A stretch of 64,000 nt of DNA. Source: Octopus bimaculoides. Lineage: Eukaryota. Shown here piece by piece: positions 1 through 12,830 of the stretch. Each line of letters starts with the position of its first letter. The first letter of the stretch is position 1. The stretch is from assembly GCF_001194135.2 (NCBI RefSeq), contig NC_068982.1, forward strand, positions 54,116,683 through 54,180,682, given 5' to 3'. The notes beneath the pieces were generated by a model. The model was given only the letters and a program-made list of their open reading frames with translations. It had not been told where the DNA came from and made no database searches. The translations under genes were made by a program, and so were the position numbers.

Positions 1-369
1 AAATGAGACTTGTCGCGCTTCACTATCAGAAATGCTCACTTCTTCAAATTCGTCCAAAAAAAGACATTATAGACGGTAGTTGGTACTAAAGGTTCGAGTT
101 GCATGGAGATAGCATGAAAACGAGAGTAATATAAGACACACAAACAAATAAACAAACAAACAAACAAACAAACAAATAAGTAAATAGGGCAGGCATGGAT
201 TCGTTGCAAACACTAGTTTTCTGGGGCATTTTTAATTTTGATTTTTCTTGTTGCTGTTATTTATGATGTGTAGCACGGTTATTTAAAATGCATAATGGTT
301 TTGTGTATGACATACGACATTTGCACAAACTTATGCTTATGACACAACAGTATTATACACACACACACA

Positions 370-402
<33 letters not shown>

Positions 403-823
403 NNNNNNNNNNNNNNNNNNNNNNNNNNNNNNNNNNNNNNNNNNNNNNNNNNNNNNNNNNNNNNNNNNNNNNNNNNNNNNNNNNNNNNNNNNNNNNNNNN
501 NNNNNNNNNNNNNNNNNNNNNNNNNNNNNNNNNNNNNNNNNNNNNNNNNNNNNNNNNNNNNNNNNNNNNNNNNNNNNNNNNNNNNNNNNNNNNNNNNNNN
601 NNNNNNNNNNNNNNNNNNNNNNNNNNNNNNNNNNNNNNNNNNNNNNNNNNNNNNNNNNNNNNNNNNNNNNNNNNNNNNNNNNNNNNNNNNNNNNNNNNNN
701 NNNNNNNNNNNNNNNNNNNNNNNNNNNNNNNNNNNNNNNNNNNNNNNNNNNNNNNNNNNNNNNNNNNNNNNNNNNNNNNNNNNNNNNNNNNNNNNNNNNN
801 NNNNNNNNNNNNNNNNNNNNNNN

Positions 824-852
<29 letters not shown>

Positions 853-859
<7 letters not shown>

Positions 860-1029
860 TCCGATGCTGGTATGTTTACGTCCCCGTAACTTAGCGGTTC
901 GGCAAAAAGTGCGACAGAATAAGTACTAGGCTTACAAAGAAGAAGTCCTGGGGTCGATTTGTTCAACTAAAAGGCGGTGCTCCAGCATGGTCACAGTGAA
1001 ATGACTGAAACAAGTAATAGAATAAAAGA
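853..1029 (+). mobile_element. SINE family A, 3' half
   Basis: gtttacgtccccgtaacttagcggttcggcaaa...aataagtactaggc...ggggtcgattt...gctccagcatgg...gactgaaacaagtaa with a (taaaag) tail; same block recurs more than 15 times in the window. Confidence 0.85.
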
Positions 1030-1857
1030 AGATATATATCAACAGGTTTCAAAATTTTCTCCACCATTAATATAAACCGGTTAACAACGGAGGTGAATTG
1101 AGCTTGTGAATGTAGCGTGTGAGTGTGTGTGCGTGTGTGTGTGTAAACATATATGAATATTTGTATATGATTTTTTTAATATTTTTATGCGCTGCATAAA
1201 CATATGTACACATTCATATAGACATACATCCATCCATCCATCCTTTTATACACACACATATACATACATACATACATACATACATACATACACACATGCA
1301 TACATACATAGAAAATTGTTCATCATATCAGTTTGGGCGTGGAATATCAATGTCACTTCCGTTTAAAGGATTGGCGTACTAGATTTCTTAAGGTCTGTAC
1401 GTGCTAAAGAGGTAGAAATAGCCAAACACTAAAAATAAAACAGTAACAAAAAATAAAAGAAACGTATAGAAGAATCTTGACGTAAGGTGGTTCATGATAG
1501 CAACAAAAACTTATTGTTTGAGTTAAGGAAACACGTTCCTGAAAGCAAAAGAATAGAATTAAGCGAGAGAAATAAAGTTTCGAATATACGAGGAACTATA
1601 GCATAAAGTAGGTAAAGAAAGATTAATTAGAAAGTGGAAGTAATATGATGAAAATTATATTTAACGAAAGAAAGACATTAACTGTTGAATAGCGGTATTC
1701 AAGAGAAATTATAACGGAATAAATTAAATTGTTTTCTTATAGATGTGTCGATAAGAAGCTCGCATTGCATTCAAATGGTCTCGCTTTGAGTTGCACTGAG
1801 TGACGTAATCGATGAGTGTCTTTTAGTCTAGCCATGGGATAAATCATACCCGTCGTA

Positions 1858-1935
<78 letters not shown>

Positions 1936-2505
1936 TATATATATATATGTAAAAAGTTTTTATTTTTCATTTCATTCCTTTCGAGATTTCATCCCTAATT
2001 TCGTGGTTCTAGAAAATAGCAGTTCTTTCTCGCGTAAGGCATCCCATGAGTAGATTCCTCTTATGTATTTAAATATACACTGTACCTTATGAGTGTATAT
2101 ATATANNNNNNNNNNNNNNNNNNNNNNNNNNNNNNNNNNNNNNNNNNNNNNNNNNNNNNNNNNNNNNNNNNNNNNNNNNNNNNNNNNNNNNNNNNNNNNN
2201 NNNNNNNNNNNNNNNNNNNNNNNNNNNNNNNNNNNNNNNNNNNNNNNNNNNNNNNNNNNNNNNNNNNNNNNNNNNNNNNNNNNNNNNNNNNNNNNNNNNN
2301 NNNNNNNNNNNNNNNNNNNNNNNNNNNNNNNNNNNNNNNNNNNNNNNNNNNNNNNNNNNNNNNNNNNNNNNNNNNNNNNNNNNNNNNNNNNNNNNNNNNN
2401 NNNNNNNNNNNNNNNNNNNNNNNNNNNNNNNNNNNNNNNNNNNNNNNNNNNNNNNNNNNNNNNNNNNNNNNNNNNNNNNNNATATATATATGCATGCATG
2501 TGTGA

Positions 2506-2740
2506 AGGTGTGTTGCATAGTGATAGGGTGTTACATTTACGATCACAAGATCGAGGTTTCCAATCCCAGGTCAGGCCGTACGTTGTACTCTTGAACACAT
2601 CATTCCAGTTCATATTGCTCTGTGATCATTTGGACACCTGATTTATGACACACAGTGCATCTGTACAGGCAGAGCTGATGTGATGAAGGAAGTGAACAGC
2701 GCAAACTTTTCATCACTATAAACAAATCATCTATGCAAGT
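2506..2740 (+). mobile_element. Degenerate tRNA-headed SINE (family E)
   Basis: A-box/B-box-like head (tgttgcatagtgataggg...ggtttccaatccc) followed by a body unlike families A-D; single copy here. Confidence 0.45.
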
Positions 2741-2814
2741 AATTGTTCAGCTCTCAGCTGTCCATGCAGTATGTAAATATGGATGTGCATGCACGTATGT
2801 ATGGATGTACGCTG

Positions 2815-3030
2815 TGTGTGTTTGTCTTTGTTTGTCCCCACCACCGCTTCACATTCGTTGGTGATTTGTTTACGACCATGTAACTTAGCGGGTCTACAAG
2901 ATACCGATAGAATTAATACCAAATTTATTAAATGAGTACTGAGGTCTATTTGTTTGACTATTCTCTTCAACATGAATCAGCATGGTTGCAGCTGAATAAC
3001 TAATGTAAGTGAGAATTAAAGAATTAAAGA
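2815..3030 (+). mobile_element. SINE family A, diverged 3' half
   Basis: gtttgtccccaccaccgctt...gtaacttagcgg...ccgatagaat...cagcatgg. Confidence 0.7.
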
Positions 3031-3254
3031 ATTACGAATAAGTTAGTCAGAAGATGAGAGGAAATAGGCATGTCATTTTCAGGCTCCCCCTATTAAGTGA
3101 GACTGATGAATAAATGCGACTGAAAATTTATCGATAGCTGATGTTCAGTTGATTGAATAACATCGACTGAATTATACTACAGCATATTACTGATATTTTG
3201 TATGGACCCTGTTGAATTTAATCCACACACACACACACACACATATATATATAA

Positions 3255-3451
3255 TGAGTACAAATTTTGGCTCAAGATCAGCAATTTCAGGGATAGGGTA
3301 CACAGATTACATTCACCCCAGTGCCCCTCTGGTCCTTATTTTATTGACCGCAAAAGGATGAAAGGCAAAGTCGACCTCGGCAGAATTTGAACTCAGAACG
3401 TAAAGACAGCATTTTGCTCGGCGTGCTAACGATCCTGCCACCTCACCGCCT
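3255..3451 (-). mobile_element. SINE family B
   Basis: Reverse complement of ggcgagctggcagaatcgttagcacgcc...ctgagttcaaattc.gccgaggtcgactttgcctttcatcc; 10 or more copies in window. Confidence 0.85.
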
Positions 3452-3465
3452 TCATCCATCCATCC

Positions 3466-3505
<40 letters not shown>

Positions 3506-4061
3506 ATATATGCATATATATATATANNNNNNNNNNNNNNNNNNNNNNNNNNNNNNNNNNNNNNNNNNNNNNNNNNNNNNNNNNNNNNNNNNNNNNNNNN
3601 NNNNNNNNNNNNNNNNNNNNNNNNNNNNNNNNNNNNNNNNNNNNNNNNNNNNNNNNNNNNNNNNNNNNNNNNNNNNNNNNNNNNNNNNNNNNNNNNNNNN
3701 NNNNNNNNNNNNNNNNNNNNNNNNNNNNNNNNNNNNNNNNNNNNNNNNNNNNNNNNNNNNNNNNNNNNNNNNNNNNNNNNNNNNNNNNNNNNNNNNNNNN
3801 NNNNNNNNNNNNNNNNNNNNNNNNNNNNNNNNNNNNNNNNNNNNNNNNNNNNNNNNNNNNNNNNNNNNNNNNNNNNNNNNNNNNNNNNNNNNNNNNNNNN
3901 NNNNNNNNNNNNNNNNNNNNNNNNNNNNNNNNNNNNNNNNNNNNNNNNNNNNNNNNNNNNNNNNNNNNNNNNNNNNNNNNNNNNNNNNNNNNNNTATATA
4001 TATATATGTATATATATTTATGTATACATATATATATATGTATAAATATAGACATATATAT

Positions 4062-4145
<84 letters not shown>

Positions 4146-4169
4146 TTATGTATGTATATACATATATAT

Positions 4170-4262
4170 AATACAGACATAACGGAGTTGAATGAAGTAA
4201 AGTATATAACCTGGTTTCCTATCGTTTCGGCGAAAGAACAACTCAGATGACTCAGAAATTAG
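4170..4262 (-). mobile_element. Penelope-like terminal remnant with degenerate hammerhead-like motif
   Basis: Abuts (TA)n; minus strand reads ctgagttgttctttcgccgaaacgatagg. Confidence 0.35.
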
Positions 4263-4516
4263 ATAGGAATAATTACTGTTTCTAATATTAACACAAGGTC
4301 ACGAATTTCGAGGAAGAGGTGGTGTTTTAATTTTATAAACCGTCATATTTCACTTGGGCTGATATTATCGACCGAACCGGAACTATGAAGTAGTTTCGTA
4401 CCCGGTGCTACTGGGATTCTAGGCGTAAAAGGAATTAAATAAATATCGAAAACCAGGATAACAGCTTAACTATGCCATCATAATAACTACGACAACAATA
4501 TATTTGCCTAAAGCGC

Positions 4517-4661
4517 AGGCATGGCTTGTGTTGTTGAAAAGCTCGCTTTGCGACTACGTCATTCCGGGTTCAGTTCCACTGCACGGCACTAGCTCAATAT
4601 CATCTACTACAGCGCTGCATTGACCAATGCCTTACGAATGCATTTGTTAAACAGAAGCCTG

Positions 4662-4662
<1 letters not shown>
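4517..4662 (+). mobile_element. SINE family A, 5' half (diverged)
   Basis: gcaggcatggc...ttccgggttcagttccactgcacggcac...agaagcctgtc then (TA)n. Confidence 0.65.
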
Positions 4663-4702
<40 letters not shown>

Positions 4703-5099
4703 NNNNNNNNNNCTAAGCTAAGAGCATTAGATTCCTTGGAAGTATGTAAGGCCTGGCTAGAAGCTTAGGAAAACTGAAGAACCGCTGCAATGAGTGTGTG
4801 AATCTGATAGGGAAATATGTTAAATAAAATCATAATTAACTGGTCCTCCTGTATTTTCTTTTACCCAAAGCCAGAAACTTTTCAATAGCTCAAGGCTTAA
4901 TTAATGAATTATTTAATGAAAGCATTAGATTAATTGGTAAAGACTTACAGCATGCAAATTAGTAGATCCAGTTCACAGAAGTTGCCAGATTTGATGTGTA
5001 TATAAACAAATTTGATGTGTATATAAACAAATTTGCTGCCCGTTTCTCTAGGATTGGTCAAGTAATGGAGACACCCTTGATTAGATCCTACTAGCTCGT

Positions 5100-5321
5100 T
5101 TATTTTTTTACACGTTTCAGTCATCTGACTGCAGCCATGCTGAAACACCACCTCAAAGGGTTTTCGTCGAACAAATCGACCCCAGGACTTATTCTTTGTC
5201 AGCCTAGTACTTATTTTGCCGGTGTCTTTTACCGAATCGCAAGATTACGAGGTCATAAACACACTACCATAGGCTGTCAAGCGATGGGGGGGGGGGCATA
5301 GAAACAAAAACACACACATAA

Positions 5322-5366
<45 letters not shown>

Positions 5367-5920
5367 GTACAAAATGGGACAAGAACGCAAAACATCCAGA
5401 CAGTTAAGTGATACAAGAAAGGGACAACAAAACATCCAGATACACGATACAAAGAAAACAAGGACAGGTCATTCGGAGTTTTCTTTCCTTAGTCGAGAGC
5501 CAGAGCATCTTTGCAATTTCGGCTGGCTATTCTCGATATTGCTCCAATCTGGTCAGCCCCAAGGAAAAACTAAGCTAAGAGCATTAGATTCCTTGGAAGA
5601 AAGTAGCGAATGTATACGAAAAGAAGAACGGGGAAAAAAACGAACAATGTTACATGAATACAATAAAAATAATAACAGGACATAACAACAGGTGTCTTTC
5701 GACTAAGGACGAATTGAATTAAGCTGGCGTGTGTGGAAATAAAGCCTTACGGCAGGGATGCGGCGGGCTTCTTTCAGTTTCCGTCTACCAGATCCACTCA
5801 CAAGGCTTTGGTCGGCCAGGGTCTGTAGTAGAAGACACTCGCCCAAGGAGCCACGCAGTGGGACTGAACCCGGCTTCATGTGGTTGGGAAGCAAGCTTCT
5901 TACCTTACATTCATGCTCGC
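5100..5920 (-). mobile_element. SINE family A split by an insertion in its internal microsatellite
   Basis: 3' half at ~5100-5320 and 5' half at ~5761-5920 in the same orientation, separated by (CA)n(TA)n and an unrelated ~390 bp repeat. Confidence 0.8.
5369..5760 (-). mobile_element. Non-coding interspersed repeat, probably Penelope-derived (second copy 54270-54640, fragment ~4713-4745)
   Basis: Closely similar second copy at 54270-54640; both start directly at a (TA)n tract; the second copy has ctgatgaaagaaaactccgaa on the minus strand. Confidence 0.7.
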
Positions 5921-6056
5921 CCCGAAGAAAGTTCATCTTTTCTTTTTTTTTTTTTTTTGCAATTTACACAAAAATAGTTAAATTTGAAATGTCTGTGTGA
6001 GTTGGAGACTGTATACGGTTAAAGTTGTTTTGTTGTTTCTGCGGTTTGAATTTTCG

Positions 6057-6066
6057 TTGTTGTTGC

Positions 6067-6121
<55 letters not shown>

Positions 6122-6129
6122 GCTGCTGC

Positions 6130-6169
<40 letters not shown>

Positions 6170-6246
6170 GATGATGATGACGACGACGATGATGATGATG
6201 ACGATGATGACGATGATGATGACGACGATGATGATGATGATGATGT
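6057..6246. repeat. Compound microsatellite (GTT)n/(GCT)n/(GAT,GAC)n
   Basis: Direct reading. Confidence 0.97.
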
Positions 6247-6449
6247 AGTTTGGGTAGTTAAGAATTTGGCTGTAGTTGGGGATTTTGTGTTTGTTGCTTT
6301 CGTTGTGTCCCCGTAATCTTTTTCAAGAAGGGTACCGCATGAGATATGGATGATCATCAGGCAGGCCGAAGAACTATGAAACTTTAAGGTAATTTTTTGT
6401 TAGTCTTGCCATTCAGAAAACCCAGCAGGCTGCAGTCTGCCAATGTTCG

Positions 6450-7420
6450 CTAGATATAGTTCGAGGTCCTCTTGCTACAGTTCCCTGACATTCTAAAAGT
6501 AAGTATATTCTTCCAGTTCTCACTGCCAGCCTACAACCGCGTAATTACTGCTGGTCCATTTAGCAATGCTAATTTCATTGCTCATACCTTTTATAATATT
6601 TATTATAAAGCAGTAATCTTCGTCTCTATACTCACTTTCCTCCTCAAGTGGGATTTGAAGAAGTTGACGAGAGCTTAATCTCAAAGGAAAAATTCTGTCT
6701 TCAAACATTTCAACCACTTCCGCCATACAACTTTTTTCGTTATTCCTACCAAACAAGAAAACTTTCCGCTTTTCCTTGCGAAGAAATCGATTCCAGGCCA
6801 CCGTTGCTAGTTTTTTACCTCCACTTACCATTTATAGAATATGTGGGCTCTATTTTTCAACGAATACATTATCCACTTGATATAGTCAATGAACATCGAG
6901 CAACATTTGAAATGCCGAAGTTTCAACCTAAGTCTACACGTAAGAATCGAAAAACGCGTCAAAGAATCTCTGCATATGCGTCACCCACGGCGTCTGCCTG
7001 TGTGTTATCCACAGCATTTCAAACCCTTTTCCTTTGAAGTGGGCGTTGGCAGCAAATGGACAGTTTAACCAGCACGACCGATTCCACCCACAAGAAGCGC
7101 AAAAGCACACTTCCAAACTGACAAGATATTTCCTAAGTCAAAGTACGACTGTCAGATGGAAATAAACGACCGAAGCGATGATATTAAACTACACCCGACC
7201 GAACTTTTGAGGACAACTTCCCTTCAACCCATTTCTGAGCGCTCTGGTCATCCTGTTCGTATTGACCAAGACGTTTTGTTGAAACCAAACCGAAAACATC
7301 TTCACTCCAGTCATCGAGAAGAGCCGCTACCTTGCATCTGACGCATGATTTGCCTAACCACTTGTAGAGTTGCATGCCCACTAACTTGTTCCAGTTCATT
7401 GATTCCCCTTACTTTTTGGC
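6450..7420 (-). pseudogene. Highly decayed LTR retrotransposon integrase, BEL/Pao-like
   Basis: Minus-strand fragments in integrase order: KSCVRCK..DVFG; LWITHRQTPW (cf. W.F..APW.GG); LKNRAHIFY (cf. LNSRPLTY); WNRFLRKE...AEVVEMF...LRLSSR.LLQIPLE (cf. BEL C-terminus); many frameshifts. Confidence 0.4.
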
Positions 7421-8195
7421 ATTTTTCGCAATGGTACCGTCCATCTCTATTTCTCATGAGTTCGTTACCATCATGGTGATGGTGTTATTCAGTATAAATA
7501 CGTTGTCTCTCATCGTTTCTAACCCTGCAGCATAGAAGTAGCGACAAGTCATGCAGAAGAGATAATAGGAGCAACCATAGCAAATCGATTCCACGACGCA
7601 AAACGGTCCAGTGGTTGGTCATTTAGTTTAACCACTGAAATTATGCCTCAATCCAGCCTTTGAAAACGAGACCGAAATTATATACGTCCAGGACAATCTC
7701 AAGACAGCGATCAATCTAAAGATGTCAAAACACTTTTAACGGATGTAAATTAACCAGTACACAATCGAAGCCAGAGCTTGTATCACCCTTTCTAAGTATA
7801 TCGCATGAACTGAAGATTGTCGTAAATAAACCTAACTGGGATCGTGCAAGTTTGCTCATCTCCGACTAAATTACAAATAAAAATAAAGCTCTTGGAGAAA
7901 GCTTTTGCCAAATTTTTAACTCTGTTGTCTGTCATCATTCCTCGGTTCGCACAACTTGGATTTCTTCTAGTTGACATGTAAGACACTACCATGCCAGTAG
8001 CGAACAAAATCTGGTATCTAACAGTAAATTTGTAAGGCAAGCCATCCAGTTCTTGTGATTTGTCTGCCACAGACTAGTTCAACACGTATACAGCTTCGTG
8101 TATGAAAACCGGTTTTTAGCAGCAGTCTACGTGTTCGGCCAATTGTCACAGCCTATTCTTTAGATTAGCATGTATTTATATTCTTTTCTATTCTA

Positions 8196-8295
8196 CGCAA
8201 CTGGTACTTAATTTGTCGACTCCGAAAGGATGAAAGGTTAAGTCGACCTCGGTGGAATTTGAACTCAGAATGTAAAGAGAGACAAAATACTCTGA
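8196..8295 (-). mobile_element. SINE family B fragment
   Basis: ctggtactta...cgaaaggatgaaagg.taagtcgacctcggtggaatttgaactcagaa. Confidence 0.8.
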
Positions 8296-8674
8296 AAAGC
8301 TGCTGACACCAAATAGCACGCGTCCACTGTGTCCGCCAAGATTTTCTGTGTCTTTCGTACTTTTATGTTTTAGACAACGCCCTCAACGAATAGTTTATCC
8401 TTTACGTTTCGAGTCTAGAAATTTAGTCGCACACTTTTCTCGTTGCACACACCTCGTAAATGACGCTTTTCAGTTCAGTTTTTTTTTGTGTTTTTTTTTT
8501 TTAATTTACTCTTCTCTACTGCTGTGTCTAATTGCCGAAACTGACCGATTCTGCTCTCAAATTTTCATTTTTACTGAGAACCACCACCGGTCACTATAAT
8601 CGTGCTTATCGATTACAACCTAACCAATTTGTTAATCCATTCCTTGAAAGCTACATTCAGTTTCCAGTACCTGT

Positions 8675-8675
<1 letters not shown>

Positions 8676-8705
<30 letters not shown>

Positions 8706-8743
8706 TAATAATAATAATAATAATGAGGAGGAGGAGGAGGAGG
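8676..8743. repeat. (AAT)n(GAG)n microsatellite running into a gap
   Basis: Direct reading. Confidence 0.95.
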
Positions 8744-10193
8744 NNNNNNNNNNNNNNNNNNNNNNNNNNNNNNNNNNNNNNNNNNNNNNNNNNNNNNNNN
8801 NNNNNNNNNNNNNNNNNNNNNNNNNNNNNNNNNNNNNNNNNNNNNNNNNNNNNNNNNNNNNNNNNNNNNNNNNNNNNNNNNNNNNNNNNNNNNNNNNNNN
8901 NNNNNNNNNNNNNNNNNNNNNNNNNNNNNAAAAAAAAAAAAAACAAAACAATAAAGGAACAAGTAAAGAAGTTTGTATGCAATACATGCAGAATTCTTTA
9001 TTTTATGACATTCTTTGGTAGTGTCGACAATCAGGCGATTCCAGTGTTGCAGAAAATGGGCGGGACACAAAATTTTATTTCTTTGTTGGGATCGTTTGAT
9101 TGACAGCTACTGTGAACGTTTGTAATGTATGCGGCAAACCCTCTTTGTTGTGTTGACATTTTTTAACAATTTGAGATTTACTGACAGTGTGAGAACCGTA
9201 TTGCTCGCCATGTGCTTGAAATTTACTTGCGGTGAGGGGTTTGTCAGCGGCAGAGGGTGGTGCTACAAAAACTTGATTCAATGAGCGGGTCTATATCAAA
9301 AGTGTTTATGCGCACGCTCGCGTTTGTGTGTGTGTGTGTGTGTGTGTATGGAAGGGGCATTCGTCGTAAGAAAAAGATAGAGAGTGGAAAGAAAGAGAAA
9401 AGAGAGGTGTGCTTTAGCGTCAGTATGCAAAGATGGGGAGTAGAAAGAGAAGAAACAGTGTCTATATGCATCTGTATATGTTTATGCATTATATCTATAT
9501 GTTTATGTATCGTATGAATGTTTATGTATGTGCGTATTTGTATTTCCATATATGTTTGACGTATTTGTGGGGGAATGTTTGCGTGTGCATGTGTGTGTGT
9601 GTGTGCGCACACGTATGTATGCATCTGTGTTACGTGAAATGCCTAATTTTTTACTGGTTCTGGTTCTGGTTATCATTATTTGTAATGTTTTTAGCGTGTA
9701 AATATAATTTAAGCTTTTGGTCTTTAATTAATGAATTGGCTAAGTTATCTTAGCTTAATTAATATTTTCATTAGTAGTTGTGGAGGGGTTATTGCTTTTG
9801 GATGGCAACGGGAAAGTTAAAAAAGAAAAACCAGAAACCCATTAACCTAATTCTTACGGATTAGTTAGGTGGAGGATTAATGGAAAGAGATAAAGTGGTT
9901 TGAAACGCTGAGTAAACTTTTTTTCCTGGCATCGCAATATATAAATATACTGGAGAAATTGAAATCACAAACTGGGTCAGTCCGTTATGATGTTTAACAA
10001 CACCGACAAAGACACAGAATATAAACTTGTTGTTGTTGTTGTTGCTGTTCTTAGTTTAAACTTACAAAATTACATATTCTTTCTTCAAAATCTTATTTCA
10101 TTTTATAGCTTTTGTCTGGAAGAAAACCTAGCACCTATGATATTCGTAGACCATCCAAGACTGCTGAATGAGATCGATATGGTGTGTCTTCTG

Positions 10194-10690
10194 CTTGGAT
10201 GTGGCTCTGTGTAATGAGCTTGCTTCCCAATTATATGCTTCAGACAGAGTTCAGTCCTACCACATGACACCTTGGGCAACTATTTTCTACTATAGCTCTA
10301 AGCTGACCAAAGTCTTGTGAGATGCTTTGCTAGAAGGAAACTAAAAGAATTACGTGCGTGTGTGTGTGTGTGAATGCGTTTGTGTGTATGTGTGTATGTG
10401 CGTGTGTGTATGTCTGTATGCATGTGTGTTTATATGTGTATGTGTGTGTGCGTGCGCGCGCACGTGTGTATGTCTTTGTGTTTATTCTCTCATCCCACTG
10501 CTTGATTACCGGTGTTGGTTTATTTACATCCCCTGTTATCTAGCAGTTCGAAAAAAAGAGACTAATATAATAAGTATCAGACTTCTAAAAAAATAGTACT
10601 AGGGTTGCTTTGTCGACTAAACCCTTCAAGGCTGTGCTCCAGCATGGCCGCAGTCTAATGATTGAAACAAGTAAAAGAATAAAAACAAAG
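10194..10690 (+). mobile_element. SINE family A, full length, diverged
   Basis: Head, ccttgggcaa...ttgtgag domain, (TG)n core, 3' half, taaaagaa tail. Confidence 0.85.
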
Positions 10691-11065
10691 ATGAATAGAA
10701 AATCTGGACAGAGAGAGAATTCCATTACGATGACGCTCTTGAGTGGAAGAATTAGAGAACAAATGATATTTCTATTTATCTAATTAATTATTTATCTTTC
10801 ATTTTCTTTCCAGATATATTATCGAAATCGTAAATGTCTGCCTTTGCTCTGTTTAACCGATAACATTTATCAATCGATGCCATTTCGTTCAACAGACGAT
10901 ATCTTTTCTTCATTATGAAGTTTCTTCCACTATTAATTTAGAACAATGTAAAGGCTAAGGGTTCTAGTATATGGCATTTGTTTTCAACCAGGGTCCATGA
11001 AACGCTAAGACATCCCTATAAGATTTTGTTAAAATATATGTGCAAGTAATAGGTTATACTTCAAC

Positions 11066-11231
11066 AAGATTGGCTGTGTGGTAAGTAGCTTGCCTACCAA
11101 CCACATGGTTCCGGGTTCAGTTCCACTGCTTGGCATCTTGGGCAAGTGTCTTCTACTATAGCCTCGGGCCGACCAAAGCCTTGTGAGTGGATTTGGTAGA
11201 CGGAAACTGAAAGAAGCCCGTCGTATATATG

Positions 11232-11262
<31 letters not shown>

Positions 11263-11466
11263 CCCGCTAGCATTGTTTGACAACTGATGCTGGTGTGTTT
11301 ATGTCCCCGTCACTTAGCGGTTCAGCAAAAGAGACCGATAGAATAAGTACTAGGCTGATAAAAAATAAGTTCTGAAGTCGATTTCTTCGACTCAAAACCC
11401 CTTTAAAGCAGTGCTCTAGCATGGCCGCAGTCACATGTCTGAAACAAGTAAAAGAATAAAAGAAAG
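11066..11466 (+). mobile_element. SINE family A, full length
   Basis: tggctgtgtggtaag (A-box-like) ... gggttcagttcc (B-box-like) ... gaagcccgtcg (TA)(TG)n ... gaaacaagtaaaagaataaaag. Confidence 0.92.
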
Positions 11467-11885
11467 CCGCTAACACTCGTTCATTGCCTGGTAGACAGTA
11501 AAAAGCAAAATTGGAAATTAATTCTACTAATTATGATAATCACTGTGTTGCTGTTACATGGCACGAAGTATTACTCAATTCGGTGGCAGCTGAAAGAAAT
11601 GATAAGATAAGCCTAACAAAAACATGTTGCAGTAAAAGCACCGAAAATGGTTGTCAATTATTTAGTACACCAGCTGCATACTTCAGTAAATTGTACTTAT
11701 CAATTTGTTCCTTTCGGTCATTAAGAGTTAAATATCGCCTTGCATATTTGCGTAGATCCTAACAGACACAAGCAAATCGGTCAATAGGTGAAGCTTATTA
11801 CATTTAACTATTACGAGGTGCATTCCAGATGTTTTGAAACTTTTTTTTTTGTTGTTGTTTTTTTTACGAGAGGCTGTTATAACTA

Positions 11886-12830
11886 CAGTGTATACTCGGC
11901 TGTAAGTCGCACATTTTTCCCTGAAATTTTCACCTAAAGTTGGGGGCCAACTTATAACCACATTCTATAAAAAAAAAAAAAAACCTTCATATATTTTCTA
12001 GGTTCAAGCCACGTCTGAAGTTCCGACACTTGGAATAACCGAAAAAAACCCAAATCGCTAATTCCGAAGCCGAGAAGACGATCTTTAGAAATTTCTTTAT
12101 ATATTTCTTTACTTCTGTTAGTATGAAATAAACGATTATTTTTTTTAAAAAGTGAGTTTAATGCTTGTTTGTTTTTGTACCGTACCTGTCTTTCTTAATT
12201 CGACGCCATGTTATTTGTTAGCATGAAGAGAAAGAGGAATTCGTATGATATCACTCTCAAGCTGGAAGTTGTTGAATACGCGAAGTCGCATTGGAATCTA
12301 GCTGCAGAAAGAGAATTTGGGGGTCTCAGGAAAAATGGTCAGGAATAGGCGTTTGAAAGAGGCAAAAATGAAACCCGTTGACATCAAATCGTTAAAGAAA
12401 ATTAGGATAGAAATGAGTCCCAATGAGGAGATGGAAACTATTTTGAGAGACTGGGTGATATCTTTTGTGAAACTGGGAGACTGGGTGACATCTTTTGAGA
12501 GACTAAGTGACATCCTTTGAGAGACTGGGTGACATCTTTTGAGAGACCGGGTGACATCTTTTGAGAGACTGGGTGATATCTTTTGTGAGACTGGGAGACA
12601 TCTGTGCTTCAGCTACTCGACGTGTCGATGAACAAGCCTTTTAAGGTGAACTTGCGTGCCAAGTGGATTGAATGGATTTTTAACGGTGCCAAGGAAATGA
12701 CAAAGGCTGGGAACTTTAAATGCCTTGACCTTAAGACTGTTTGCCAGTGGGTGATAGATTCATGGGCTGAAATACCGAGTGAACTTGTAATGAAATCATT
12801 TTTGAAGAGCGTGATCTCAAATTCCTGACT
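11886..12830 (+). mobile_element. Internally deleted pogo-family (POGK/Tigger-like) DNA transposon
   Basis: TA followed by TIR-like cagtgtatactcgg at 11886; ATG at 12223 gives MKRKRNSYDITLKLEVVEYAKSHWNLAAEREFG (HTH); VLQLLDVSMNKPFK..W..W...VCQWVIDSWAEIP..VMKSF (DDE_1 C-terminus) at 12604-12828; catalytic core missing. Confidence 0.8.
12441..12602. repeat. Minisatellite, 7 units of ~22 bp (ttttgagagactgggtgacatc)
   Basis: Units counted directly; the second unit is 30 bp. Confidence 0.95.

Noticed and set aside
4989-5035. 21-bp tandem duplication atttgatgtgtatataaacaa x2
   Set aside because: A simple local slippage duplication with no further structure.
5374-5685. 103-aa ORF conserved with 54277-54507
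   Set aside because: The similarity comes from two copies of a repeat; the second ORF is truncated by a stop and the peptide has no recognisable domain.
10790-10900. Polypyrimidine tract plus CAG acceptor-like site
   Set aside because: No open, recognisable exon follows; such signals are frequent by chance in AT-rich DNA.
12441-12602. Regular 22-bp repeat as a CRISPR-like array
   Set aside because: There are no unique spacers, the context is eukaryotic, and there are no cas genes.
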